In this document: piece by piece, positions 16,618 to 25,946 of the stretch
Position numbering within the stretch: the stretch's first letter is position 1
Layout: every line of letters starts with the position of its first letter
Assembly: GCA_942492995.1 (NCBI GenBank)
Contig: OW818653.1
Span: 1,200,001 to 1,232,000 of the forward strand
Direction: 5' to 3'
Length of the DNA stretch: 32,000 nucleotides
From: an uncultured Erysipelotrichaceae bacterium
Lineage (GTDB): Bacteria; Bacillota_I; Bacilli_A; Erysipelotrichales; Erysipelotrichaceae
Program-made: the position numbers and the translations under genes
The notes under the pieces: generated by a model
What the model saw: only the letters and a program-made list of their open reading frames with translations
What the model was told of the DNA's origin: nothing
Databases searched by the model: none

Positions 16618-18101
16618 TGAAACACATTCAAAATAAAAATGGTGTCGCATTAATCACAGTATTACTTGCCTTTTTAACGTTGTTTATTCTAATTGGCGCA
16701 ATGGTAATGTCTTCCTTAACCAATCAAGACACAACCATTCAAGCAAATGATTATTCAAAATCATATTATATTGCGGAAACTGGATTAAATTTACGTAGTG
16801 CTAAGATATCAGAACTCTTCTATGAGATTGCGGAGACAAATCCTGATCCAAATGATTTATTCATAAACTTTGAACAAGCTGTTAATGCTCTTACAAATAC
16901 CATAAGTTTTTCAGAAACAGCTGATAATGATTTCGCCACATTAACCTTCGCGGAAACAGACACAAACATGGATTATCCAGATTACATTTTCTACACTCTC
17001 ACAAGCGTTGGTAGTGTTAATGGAATTAGTCGGACAATCTCAAAAGAATTTGGATACAAATACACCAGAGGCGGTCCTGGGTTAATCATTGGTAAAGCTG
17101 TATTGACACAAAGAAGTATGAGTATCGGTGAACAAGGGTCAATCATTGTTGGACCCATCGCAAGTAACTTATTAGATGGTACAAGTATCGATTTAAATAA
17201 TACAACACAGAATGACATTAATATGGTGTTTGTCCCAACAGGAAGAACAAGTAGTGTTATTAATCCAACTAAGGTTAATAATCGAATTACAGAAGTTTCA
17301 ACTCCATATGTTTTCCCAACTATCGTATACCCAACAATACCTACATCAACTCCAATCACAATATCCCCTTATACGTTCACAAGTAATAAAGCTACGATTA
17401 ATGTATATGAATATTCATACTTAGAAAACTTAACTATAGCGGATGGACAAGTACTAACAATCAACTTAGGAACACGTGGTACTGCAAATACACGTAAGAT
17501 GTTGCGCGTTAAGAACATAAATGTTTCAGGTGGTATTCGTGTACTTGGGACTGGTCGTTTATTATTAGTTTACGATTATGGATCAGGAACACTTAATTTA
17601 GGTCCTAAATTTAATGTATGCGGAAATGTGGCTGGTAGTTGTTTGACAGAATCACCTGACTACACAAAATTCTTATTTTACCTTCGTACAACAAATGTGA
17701 CTAATGGTGATTTCGCATCGTATCCAAAACTAGCATTCTCGAACCTCCAGATATTTTATGGAAGTCTATTAGGTGAATATGTGAATGTCGAAGTTAAGAG
17801 TAGTAACTTTAAAGGTCATATTGTCACATCTGGTAAACTTATTGATTTTACTGCCAACTCAATTATTCATGAAGTATTATTCTACGCACCTTTTGCGGAT
17901 ATAACGATAGGAGCGAATGCGGTGTTGAGTGGATCATTGGTAGGCAATACATTTAGAATTTCGAACCCTCAGACAAAAGTTACGTATATTGAAGTTAAGA
18001 AAGAATCATTCCCTTTTACAATTGACTTCCCTGTGACAGAAACTTCCAATTATGTCCCTGGTACTGCAGAAATTATCGAAGGAAGAACGGTAGGTAATTA
18101 A
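16617..18101 (+). CDS. PilX-N-terminal-domain protein: large (494 aa) pilin-like protein lacking Glu5
   Basis: MKHIQNKNG is followed by VALITVLLAFLTLFILIGAMV, then YYIAETGL (the PilX_N-type AExGL block). Position +5 is Thr, as in GspK/PilX-type subunits. A Pro/Thr/Tyr-rich segment STPYVFPTIVYPTIPTSTPITISPYTF precedes a 240-aa C-terminal module. The start forms a TAATG overlap with the upstream gene. Confidence 0.7.
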   Translation: MKHIQNKNGVALITVLLAFLTLFILIGAMVMSSLTNQDTTIQANDYSKSYYIAETGLNLRSAKISELFYEIAETNPDPNDLFINFEQAVNALTNTISFSETADNDFATLTFAETDTNMDYPDYIFYTLTSVGSVNGISRTISKEFGYKYTRGGPGLIIGKAVLTQRSMSIGEQGSIIVGPIASNLLDGTSIDLNNTTQNDINMVFVPTGRTSSVINPTKVNNRITEVSTPYVFPTIVYPTIPTSTPITISPYTFTSNKATINVYEYSYLENLTIADGQVLTINLGTRGTANTRKMLRVKNINVSGGIRVLGTGRLLLVYDYGSGTLNLGPKFNVCGNVAGSCLTESPDYTKFLFYLRTTNVTNGDFASYPKLAFSNLQIFYGSLLGEYVNVEVKSSNFKGHIVTSGKLIDFTANSIIHEVLFYAPFADITIGANAVLSGSLVGNTFRISNPQTKVTYIEVKKESFPFTIDFPVTETSNYVPGTAEIIEGRTVGN

Positions 18102-19286
18102 ATGAAATTCTATCGAACAACATACATTGATACATTAGGTAAACGTTCAAATGAAGTTATCGCTGCAGAGAGTGAAAGCGATATTTTTAGTCTGTTAAAA
18201 GAGAGAAATCAATTCTTAGTCGATTATAAACAAGTTAATCGAATTCGACGTAACACACTAAAAACCGTTGATCTTATTATATTTACACGTCAACTTAGTT
18301 CTATGATTGATGCAGGCGTTTCTATTGTTAAAGGCATTAATATCATCATGAATAGTACTGCAAATACCTTCGCTAAGAAAACATATAAGAATATATCACA
18401 AGAAATTCAAAGAGGTAATTCACTTTCTAATGCGATGACTAAACAAGGTGGTGCATTTCCTGACATCCTAGTTAACATGGTTTCTGCTGGTGAAATGGGT
18501 GGTACATTAGAGAAATCATTAAATTTAATGTCTCTTCATTTCGAGAAGGAACAACGTCTTATTAATAAAATTAAAAGCGCTAGTACCTATCCAACCATAT
18601 TAGCTGTTATATCGGTTGCGGTTGTATTAATGTTAATGACTTTCGTACTTCCAACGATCACAAAGATGTTTGTCGATACGGACTTACCCCCACTAACTAA
18701 AATCGTTATGGGTATAAGTGACTTTATTATTGGGTATTGGTACTTGATTATCGCATTTGTACTTCTCAGTATTACCTTAGTTAAATTCTTATTAACCGTC
18801 CCATCCATTCGTCGCCAATTTGATCATATGTTGCTTAAGATGCCGATTATTGGTAAATTAAATCGCACCATCTATTCAGCTCGTTGTGCACGTTCATTCG
18901 CATCACTTTATTTAAGTGGTATTCAAACCTTAGAGATGATTAGTTCAACCGCAAAAATCTTAAACAATAGTTATATTGAACAATTATTCGATGAAATGAT
19001 GTTAAAGGTATCCCAAGGCGAATTAATCTCTACAGCGATAGAAGAAATGCGTATATTCGATCCAATGTTAAGTTCAATGATTAATGTCGGAGAAGAAACT
19101 GGAACACTGGGTGATATACTAGTTAAAACAGCGGATTATTTTGATGGTGAAGCTGAAAATGCACTTCAAAAAATGGTCGCTTTAATTGAACCTATCATGT
19201 TAGTTTTAATGGGTATCATAATCGGTGTCATCATCGTATCCGTCATACAACCGATGTTTGGTATGTATGATCAGATTGGAGGATAA
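18102..19286 (+). CDS. pilC: Type IV pilus / T2SS platform protein (GspF/PilC family)
   Basis: Two T2SS-F repeats each carry the signature (SAGEMGGTLEKSL and NVGEETGTLGDIL). Three or more hydrophobic segments are present, and 394 aa is typical. Confidence 0.88.
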   Translation: MKFYRTTYIDTLGKRSNEVIAAESESDIFSLLKERNQFLVDYKQVNRIRRNTLKTVDLIIFTRQLSSMIDAGVSIVKGINIIMNSTANTFAKKTYKNISQEIQRGNSLSNAMTKQGGAFPDILVNMVSAGEMGGTLEKSLNLMSLHFEKEQRLINKIKSASTYPTILAVISVAVVLMLMTFVLPTITKMFVDTDLPPLTKIVMGISDFIIGYWYLIIAFVLLSITLVKFLLTVPSIRRQFDHMLLKMPIIGKLNRTIYSARCARSFASLYLSGIQTLEMISSTAKILNNSYIEQLFDEMMLKVSQGELISTAIEEMRIFDPMLSSMINVGEETGTLGDILVKTADYFDGEAENALQKMVALIEPIMLVLMGIIIGVIIVSVIQPMFGMYDQIGG

Positions 19287-19287
19287 T

Positions 19288-20736
19288 ATGAACATTATCG
19301 AACTTAGAGATAATACTTTAATCTTAGTTAAAGCTAAGAAAACAAAAAATCTGATTAATGTGATTGAATCAGAAATTATTGAGTTGGAAGATAACTATAA
19401 AGTCGTCTTTAACAACACTGATTTATCCGCAAAACTCGTTCAATCATTACGAAAATTCTTTAGTCATGATCGCGATAGTTTATTGTGTTTAAGCACAAGT
19501 TCAATTATCTATCGAGATATTATTACACCTAAAACAAACGAAAAGTACTTAAAAGCACTCGTTAAACATGAATTAATTAATGCGCTAAACTTAAGTTCAG
19601 ATTATTTAATCGACTATTCACATATTGGTGAAATTGTCAGTGATAATGTTAAACAAAATAAATTGTTGGTAACTGCGATTCAAACAGCATTGTTAAATGA
19701 AATACTCCAATTCTTTACACGTTGTGGGATAACGATTAAGAAGATTGATGTTTCAAATAATGCGTTAGTAAATTACGTTTACCAGAATAAACTACTTAAT
19801 CAAACTGAAAACTCAATATTGGTTGATATTACAAACAAACAAATGCGCCAATATCTCTTTGAGAATGGTCAATTTAGTTATCATCGTAATACAAAAATTA
19901 ATTTAGATAATAACGATGAAAAAATAAACTACGATATCATTATTGATGCGATTGAAAAGATGATTCAATTCTCATTAGCACAAGGTCGTATAAAAACAGT
20001 ACATAATATCGTATTTATTGGCTATCCATTAAATGATGATCGACTAGTTGATTTTGGGAATGATTTAAAATTGAAGATACATAAATTTGATACGAAGACA
20101 TCAATCAAATCTAAATCGGATGATGATACGCAACTTATTTACGCATTATCGATGTTGTATAAGTTACGGAAAAAGAAAAATATCGATTTAATGATTCTTT
20201 ATAATACACTCAACCAAAAGAATGATTTAGTTGAAAGAATCAATCCTGCATTTATGCCGAGTGTCGCGATTTTAACGTATGTCATACTTACAACACTAAT
20301 CATCTTAGTAATTAAAACATATGATACGAATAAATCCATTAATGAGATAAATACCTATTTAACTCAAGATGAGGTATTATCGAAAATGTTTGATATTACA
20401 GAATCACAATCACGTAGTGCAAAAATGAACGAAATATTAGTAGAAGTTGATAATATTCAAGGTATTTTAGACAAAATGCCACGGTATAATCAAACAATCT
20501 TAAGTCAGATTTATTCTGTTAAACCTGAAGAAGTTTCGGTACGATCAATCAATTACGCGAACAGTGAGATTGAATTAGAAATAGAGACAGTTGACGCAAG
20601 TTTAATTTATCAATATGTAACAGCGCTTAAGAATACGAACTATTTTGATGAAGTTGTATATGACACATATACTCGAGTTAAAGAAAATGGTACATACGAA
20701 AGCACCTTACGTATTAATTTAAAGGAGTTAGAGTAA
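19288..20736 (+). CDS. Fused PilM-like (cytoplasmic) / transmembrane / PilN-like (extracytoplasmic) pilus alignment protein; GspL-like architecture
   Basis: The true start is ATG 19288, after GGAGGA and 1 nt after the pilC stop; the track start at 19225 lies inside pilC. The N-terminal ~330 aa are soluble. A single transmembrane segment (SVAILTYVILTTLIILVI) is followed by a ~130-aa C-terminal domain. The gene sits between pilC and a PilO-like gene. The assignment rests on architecture and position, not on motifs. Confidence 0.55.
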   Translation: MNIIELRDNTLILVKAKKTKNLINVIESEIIELEDNYKVVFNNTDLSAKLVQSLRKFFSHDRDSLLCLSTSSIIYRDIITPKTNEKYLKALVKHELINALNLSSDYLIDYSHIGEIVSDNVKQNKLLVTAIQTALLNEILQFFTRCGITIKKIDVSNNALVNYVYQNKLLNQTENSILVDITNKQMRQYLFENGQFSYHRNTKINLDNNDEKINYDIIIDAIEKMIQFSLAQGRIKTVHNIVFIGYPLNDDRLVDFGNDLKLKIHKFDTKTSIKSKSDDDTQLIYALSMLYKLRKKKNIDLMILYNTLNQKNDLVERINPAFMPSVAILTYVILTTLIILVIKTYDTNKSINEINTYLTQDEVLSKMFDITESQSRSAKMNEILVEVDNIQGILDKMPRYNQTILSQIYSVKPEEVSVRSINYANSEIELEIETVDASLIYQYVTALKNTNYFDEVVYDTYTRVKENGTYESTLRINLKELE

Positions 20737-20737
20737 T

Positions 20738-21385
20738 ATGAAATTAACCCAGAAAGATATTATGTTATTAAAGTGGTTAGTTCTATTTGTTCTATTGTTT
20801 GTCGCATATCAATTTGCGTATAAACCAATCGCAGATAATCTAAGTGCTAAACAAATCGAATTAGAGGCATTAGTTGCACAAAAAGAATATACTGAAATTA
20901 CGCTTCCAACCTATGATGCAGTACTAAATACTGAGAGTGAAACACGATTAAATTTAGAATCTAGATTTGAGAATTTCTTTGATGAATTTGAGGCTGACTC
21001 ACTCGAAGCTTATTTAGACCCAATATTCGATAAATACAATGTTCGTATTGAATTCTTCCAAGCCGCACTCACTCAGGTTGTTATACCAGAAATATTAGCA
21101 GATGAAAAAGAAATATTAAATTATAAGATTAAAGTATTAATGGATGAGTACGAAAAGAATAGTGTAAGTCCAATCGATCCGATTATCGCGACTTCAGATT
21201 TACTTAAAACTAGAGTTACATATCGCGTTGAAATGAGCTTTACAAATTATCAATCATTAATCCAAGAACTCAGTGACCTAGAAACAAGCATCTTATTATC
21301 TAGCTCATCGTATCAATTAGAAGATGGAGTAGCGACACTTGATTTTGACGTTTATTCACTTCAAAAATTTTTGAATAATCCTTGA
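20738..21385 (+). CDS. PilO-like bitopic pilus assembly protein (GspM-like)
   Basis: An N-terminal transmembrane segment (LLKWLVLFVLLFVAYQFAY) is followed by a coiled-coil stretch (NLSAKQIELEALVAQKEY) and a ~150-aa domain. AAGGAG lies upstream, and the gene starts 1 nt after the preceding stop. Confidence 0.55.
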   Translation: MKLTQKDIMLLKWLVLFVLLFVAYQFAYKPIADNLSAKQIELEALVAQKEYTEITLPTYDAVLNTESETRLNLESRFENFFDEFEADSLEAYLDPIFDKYNVRIEFFQAALTQVVIPEILADEKEILNYKIKVLMDEYEKNSVSPIDPIIATSDLLKTRVTYRVEMSFTNYQSLIQELSDLETSILLSSSSYQLEDGVATLDFDVYSLQKFLNNP

Positions 21386-21411
21386 TTTGTTTAATATGTT
21401 AGGAGCACAGA

Positions 21412-23064
21412 ATGACACAGACACTTGAAGAACTACTGGTTATTGAGAAGATTATTACTCCTTCTCAACTTGATGAAGTAAATCTAATCCAAAAACAGAC
21501 TGGGCAAGCCACATTCTATATTTTAATTGACCATAAATTTGCGAAAGAAAAAGATGTACTTCGTACACTTGCGAAATCACTTGGAATGGATTATCTTGAT
21601 AACCTATCCTTTAATACAAGTCCAGATGCGATTCGTGTTTTCCCAGAGAATCTTGCCCGTAAATATCGGATGACTCCATTAAAAGTGGATGAAGGTACCC
21701 TAACCCTCGCCACATCCAATCCATTTAATTTGAATGCGATTGAAGATATAGGGATGGTTCTTGGAATTAATATCCAAACCGTATTAGCCCCAAAGACAGA
21801 AATTGATTCTACCATTGAACGATTATATTCTAAACGTATTTCCGATCGTACAAAACTTGCACAAAACAATGAACAAAATGAAGTTGATGATGAGAACGAT
21901 GTCGAAGGTTCACCTATTGTACGTATTGTAAATAATCTAGTGATGGAAGCGTATAAACGAAATGCCAGTGATATTCATATTGAACCTGAGGCAAACTATA
22001 CACGTGTACGATTTAGAATAGATGGTGATCTTGTTAAGTACATAAATTTTGACAATGATATGCATTCACTTATTTCAACTCGCATTAAGATTATCAGTGG
22101 ATTAAATATTGCGGAGAAACGTATTCCACAGGATGGAAGTTTTCAGTTTAATTATGAATTTAAGAAAATCGATATCCGTGTATCAACACTACCTACTCCA
22201 TATGGAGAAAACATTGTATTACGTCTATTAGGCGCTGACCAAAACATTGAATATTCATTAGCTGGATTGGGATTGTCCCCTCGAACCTTAGAAATTATCG
22301 AAAAAGCAATTAAAGTACCCCATGGTATTATCTTAGTAACCGGTCCTACAGGTAGTGGTAAAACAACTACCTTATATTCCATTCTTTCTAAACTTGCGAT
22401 CCCAAGTAAAGCAATTAAGACGGTTGAAGATCCAATCGAACGTAAGTTTGAAGGCATTACACAAGTACAAGTAAATCAAAAAGCTGGATTAACATTCGCG
22501 GCTGGATTACGTTCAATATTACGACAAGACCCAGATATCATTATGATTGGGGAAATTCGTGATGGTGAAACAGCTGAGATTGCGATACGTGCAGCAATTA
22601 CCGGTCACTTAGTCTTATCGACTATCCATACAAATGACGCATTATCATCTGTTGTACGTTTAGTAGATATGGGAATTGAACCATTTAAAGTCGGTTCATC
22701 TTTAGTGTGTGTTATTGCGCAACGACTAATTAAGCGAAATTGTATTCATTGTAAAGAAGAAATTGAACTTACAAGTGCCGAAAAACGCTTATTAAAAGTT
22801 GATTATGAACATGTATATCGAGGTAAAGGCTGTGATAAATGCAATCACACTGGTTACTCTGGTAGACTTGCCGCATTTGAAATCGTATTGGTTGATGCTA
22901 AACTTGAAGAATTAATCTCAAAGAATTCAAGCATGGAAACACTTCGTGCGTACGCTGAAGAAAAGAAGATGCAGATGTTAAGAGATGAAGTAATTGAGTT
23001 TGTTCGTAAAGGATTAACTTCTGTAGAAGAAGCACTTAGAGTACTCTATAATGTCGATAATTAA
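21412..23064 (+). CDS. pilB: Type IV pilus assembly / T2SS ATPase (GspE/PilB family)
   Basis: Walker A GPTGSGKTTTLYS, DPDIIMIGEIRD, a His box (LVLSTIHTNDA), the tetracysteine motif CIHC...CDKC, and an N-terminal T2SSE_N-like domain. Confidence 0.92.
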   Translation: MTQTLEELLVIEKIITPSQLDEVNLIQKQTGQATFYILIDHKFAKEKDVLRTLAKSLGMDYLDNLSFNTSPDAIRVFPENLARKYRMTPLKVDEGTLTLATSNPFNLNAIEDIGMVLGINIQTVLAPKTEIDSTIERLYSKRISDRTKLAQNNEQNEVDDENDVEGSPIVRIVNNLVMEAYKRNASDIHIEPEANYTRVRFRIDGDLVKYINFDNDMHSLISTRIKIISGLNIAEKRIPQDGSFQFNYEFKKIDIRVSTLPTPYGENIVLRLLGADQNIEYSLAGLGLSPRTLEIIEKAIKVPHGIILVTGPTGSGKTTTLYSILSKLAIPSKAIKTVEDPIERKFEGITQVQVNQKAGLTFAAGLRSILRQDPDIIMIGEIRDGETAEIAIRAAITGHLVLSTIHTNDALSSVVRLVDMGIEPFKVGSSLVCVIAQRLIKRNCIHCKEEIELTSAEKRLLKVDYEHVYRGKGCDKCNHTGYSGRLAAFEIVLVDAKLEELISKNSSMETLRAYAEEKKMQMLRDEVIEFVRKGLTSVEEALRVLYNVDN

Positions 23065-23085
23065 TCACTGAAAAGTGATTTTTTT
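23063..23085 (+). terminator. Intrinsic terminator ending the pilus operon
   Basis: Stem aatcact/agtgatt with a gaaa loop, followed by a run of 7 T. It overlaps the pilB stop codon. Confidence 0.7.
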
Positions 23086-23112
23086 ATTAAAAAAGGACTT
23101 CTAAGAAGTCCT
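23086..23112 (-). terminator. Intrinsic terminator for the convergent glycoside-hydrolase gene
   Basis: Stem aggacttc/gaagtcct (23094-23101 and 23105-23112) with loop taa, followed on the minus strand by a run of 6 T. Confidence 0.65.
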
Positions 23113-24808
23113 ATTCACTGACCCAACTTAATTCAGGTTGAATAATTTTATACACATCTTTCTCAAGTACTATTGTATAACTCGCATTTTCAAGTGTTGC
23201 TTTACCTTGCGTAGAACTATAATTCGCATTAACCATTGCGGTAAATGTGTTATCTTCATTTTTCGTTATACTTAACACTTCATAATTCTTTAACACAAAC
23301 TCAATTGATTTAATCGATTCAGAGAATATATCATAATCTTCCGAACGACTATCAATCGGAGTTAATAAGTATTGGTGACTATAACGCTTAAAGATTTGCG
23401 CATCTAAGTAACGTTTAAGTGCTTCTTCAGGTGTTCTTTCAAGGATATCTTCGCCTTCAATGCGAACATTTTTATTAACTTTGTCCTCATAGAAGAAACT
23501 TAATGGATAATAGGTATTAGACGCATTCCAGATAATATATTCATTTAGTCCAAGCTCTTTTCCTGCCGCTAATTGTTTACCAATCGCATCTTCTTCGTAT
23601 AGGATGTTTCCCTTAACCCATGTTGCAGTAAACCCTTGGTACCATGAACGGATGATTGCAGGTTCTTTTTGAGCCGCATTACGTTCTAATGCCTCAAGTA
23701 GCGCAGTACGGACAATTTCATATGGATATTGATCTGGAACCGCAAAACCATAGAAACCAGAACCATAATGACTAGGATAAATCATAGGACAAATATATTC
23801 AGTACTATTCGCAATTAATCTCCATGTTTGACCAATATCTTCAGGTTTATCATCCCAAGAATGAGTTACAACACCAAATACATCTGCAGATACATGAACG
23901 TTATATGGTTTTAAAGATTCTCGCGCAAAGAGTAAGAAATCGCGAATTGCCTCATCTTTGTCACGGTCATTTCTTCCCGGGAAATATGTTATTGGATTAT
24001 AATGTCCTGCATTATCAGGGAATCGAACATAATCGTATTGAATTTCATCAAACCCGCGAAGAGCTGCTTCTTGTGATACTGACACAACATACTTCCATAT
24101 ATAATCATCAAACGGATTTACCCACGCAAAGCCTGCTTTATCTTTATAGACTCCACCTGCTGATAATTGAATCGCATGGTCTGGATTATTCTTCGCAAAG
24201 TACGGATCTTTAAATGCGACTATACGTGCAATGGTATAAATTTCTTTTTCATTCAAATATGTCATTAAATTATCAAAGTTCTTAAGTGGGGAATTCCAAT
24301 TTGAACCAACTGAATTAACAATCTGAATATCACTATTCCACGCTACCAATCCTTCATCATTCTTAACATCAATAACCAAGGCATTTATTTCAGTCGCTTC
24401 CGCAATCCCCAATATTTTTTCTAATTTATTGACTTGATCCAATCGACTCTCATCAACTGTTTGACCACTTTGACCACTAAGCGCAAGTATGTAGTTTTTA
24501 TAATATTCAATATCATCTAAATTAAATTCAAAACCAGCCACATTGGATGTTACATACAATGCCTTAGCTTCAACTGTTACTAAATCATTTGGCTTTTCTA
24601 AGGATGGTAAAGGTACATAGAATTCACCTAAATCAACTTTACGCTGTTCCTCTACTATACGTCTCTCTTCTATTTTTTGCGCTAATTCTTGCGCATCTAT
24701 TTCTTCTTGTGTTGGACCCTCTTCAATCGGTGTTTCTGGTTCTTGTTTAGAACATGCTGAAAAGAGAATAGATAGAATAATTAAGTTAATCAATAAATAC
24801 TTTTTCAT
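23111..24808 (-). CDS. Lipoprotein, putative glycoside hydrolase of the DUF4015 / GHL TIM-barrel type
   Basis: The signal peptide has a lipobox (LSILFSAC). The core blocks ALVIDVKNDEGLVAW, IARIVAFKDPY and GFDEIQYDYVRFP match my memory of the DUF4015 'putative glycosyl hydrolase domain'. Confidence 0.6.
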   Translation of the reverse strand: MKKYLLINLIILSILFSACSKQEPETPIEEGPTQEEIDAQELAQKIEERRIVEEQRKVDLGEFYVPLPSLEKPNDLVTVEAKALYVTSNVAGFEFNLDDIEYYKNYILALSGQSGQTVDESRLDQVNKLEKILGIAEATEINALVIDVKNDEGLVAWNSDIQIVNSVGSNWNSPLKNFDNLMTYLNEKEIYTIARIVAFKDPYFAKNNPDHAIQLSAGGVYKDKAGFAWVNPFDDYIWKYVVSVSQEAALRGFDEIQYDYVRFPDNAGHYNPITYFPGRNDRDKDEAIRDFLLFARESLKPYNVHVSADVFGVVTHSWDDKPEDIGQTWRLIANSTEYICPMIYPSHYGSGFYGFAVPDQYPYEIVRTALLEALERNAAQKEPAIIRSWYQGFTATWVKGNILYEEDAIGKQLAAGKELGLNEYIIWNASNTYYPLSFFYEDKVNKNVRIEGEDILERTPEEALKRYLDAQIFKRYSHQYLLTPIDSRSEDYDIFSESIKSIEFVLKNYEVLSITKNEDNTFTAMVNANYSSTQGKATLENASYTIVLEKDVYKIIQPELSWVSE

Positions 24809-24822
24809 AAGTTTCTCACGAT

Positions 24823-25845
24823 CTAGGGTTTTGGATAAGTATACAATTCTTTGGATTCATTTATCGTTAATTTATCGACTAAATCACTTGGAATTGTGAC
24901 GATATTAGGATTTCCATCACTAATAAAGACTTCATTCGGATGCTCGTTATAATAACTAATATAGTTATACATTCCAACATTATCCACATTCATTTCACTC
25001 GCACGAACTCTTGGTAAATTAAGTGGGTCAAAATCGGTATGATATGGCGACAATGATGGAAACCAACCGACATTCAATACCGCAATGTTTTGGTAAGAAA
25101 ATGAACTATATGTTCCCTTTTCAATGTATCCTTTAAGTTCATCATTCTTAGGTCGAGAACCATACGGAAGGGCTAAGGTATTAACTTTATAACCAATCGG
25201 TGTAAATGTTTCTAAATACTCTGCTTGATACCCAATTTGTGTTTGTAAATCTTCTGCGGTCGCATCCTTAAAGTTCATATGATCTTTTGAGTGATTTCCA
25301 ATATCCATTCCTTGTTCAAACAAAAACTCAACTTTTTGTTTAGAATAGGTAGATTGTTTAAATGGTGTAGAACTTGTAATAAAGAATGTTGCCTCTAGCG
25401 GAAAATCTGGATGAGTTTTATTAAACTCAACTAATATTCCAACAGCACAATTCGGATCAATTGTCCCATCCTCTAAATACTTAAAATTGTTTAAATTTCC
25501 ATCATCAAAGGTTAATACAACTGGAGTATAACCCATCTCTGTTGTGATATTCCCATTCACATAATCGGTTAAACTTATTGGACGATATCCTTCATCATAT
25601 AAAGTTTGTAAGTCTTTTTTGAAGTTCTCAACCGTTCGTGTCCAAGTTTGTTCCTCTTCACCAATATTGTGATACATCAGAATCATTATTTTGCCCGCTT
25701 CATTTGGGTTTAAACTTAAGTCGATTAATTCTTTTGGATCAACTTCTATTGGAGTTTCTGGTACAATCGGTGTTTCTACACCCTTTTCTGCACACCCAGA
25801 AATGAATAATAAACTTAGACTCACAATCGCTAACTGTTTTAACAT
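24823..25845 (-). CDS. Lipoprotein, polysaccharide deacetylase (CE4 / NodB homology domain)
   Basis: The ATG at 25845 follows AAGAGGA; the track start at 25875 is less likely. The lipobox is LLFISGC. The NodB motifs are VVLTFDDGNLN and DIGNHSKDH, with an N-terminal MYHNIG block as in PgaB/IcaB-type enzymes. Confidence 0.75.
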   Translation of the reverse strand: MLKQLAIVSLSLLFISGCAEKGVETPIVPETPIEVDPKELIDLSLNPNEAGKIMILMYHNIGEEEQTWTRTVENFKKDLQTLYDEGYRPISLTDYVNGNITTEMGYTPVVLTFDDGNLNNFKYLEDGTIDPNCAVGILVEFNKTHPDFPLEATFFITSSTPFKQSTYSKQKVEFLFEQGMDIGNHSKDHMNFKDATAEDLQTQIGYQAEYLETFTPIGYKVNTLALPYGSRPKNDELKGYIEKGTYSSFSYQNIAVLNVGWFPSLSPYHTDFDPLNLPRVRASEMNVDNVGMYNYISYYNEHPNEVFISDGNPNIVTIPSDLVDKLTINESKELYTYPKP

Positions 25846-25946
25846 ATTTCCTCTTTTATAAACATGGATAACCATGAAATGTAAATTCCTAACTGCCTAA
25901 GTCTATTATGACATAAAGCACATCTAAAATAGTACCACTTACTTCG

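Noticed and set aside
16991-17424. ORFs 16991..17359 (-) and 17212..17424 (+) inside the PilX-like gene; 18587..18808 (-) inside pilC; 21591..21869 and 22152..22457 (-) inside pilB; 23824..24213 (+) inside the hydrolase gene
   Set aside because: These are embedded shadow ORFs of well-supported genes, with no start signals or motifs.
21412-21500. Possible c-di-GMP-binding MshEN motif at the PilB N-terminus
   Set aside because: Aligned to the remembered 24-residue motif RLGxx(L/V/I)(L/V/I)xxG(L/V/I/F)(L/V/I)xxxxLxxxLxxQ, the sequence TLEELLVIEKIITPSQLDEVNLIQ lacks the Arg and both Gly positions. Canonical binding is therefore not supported.
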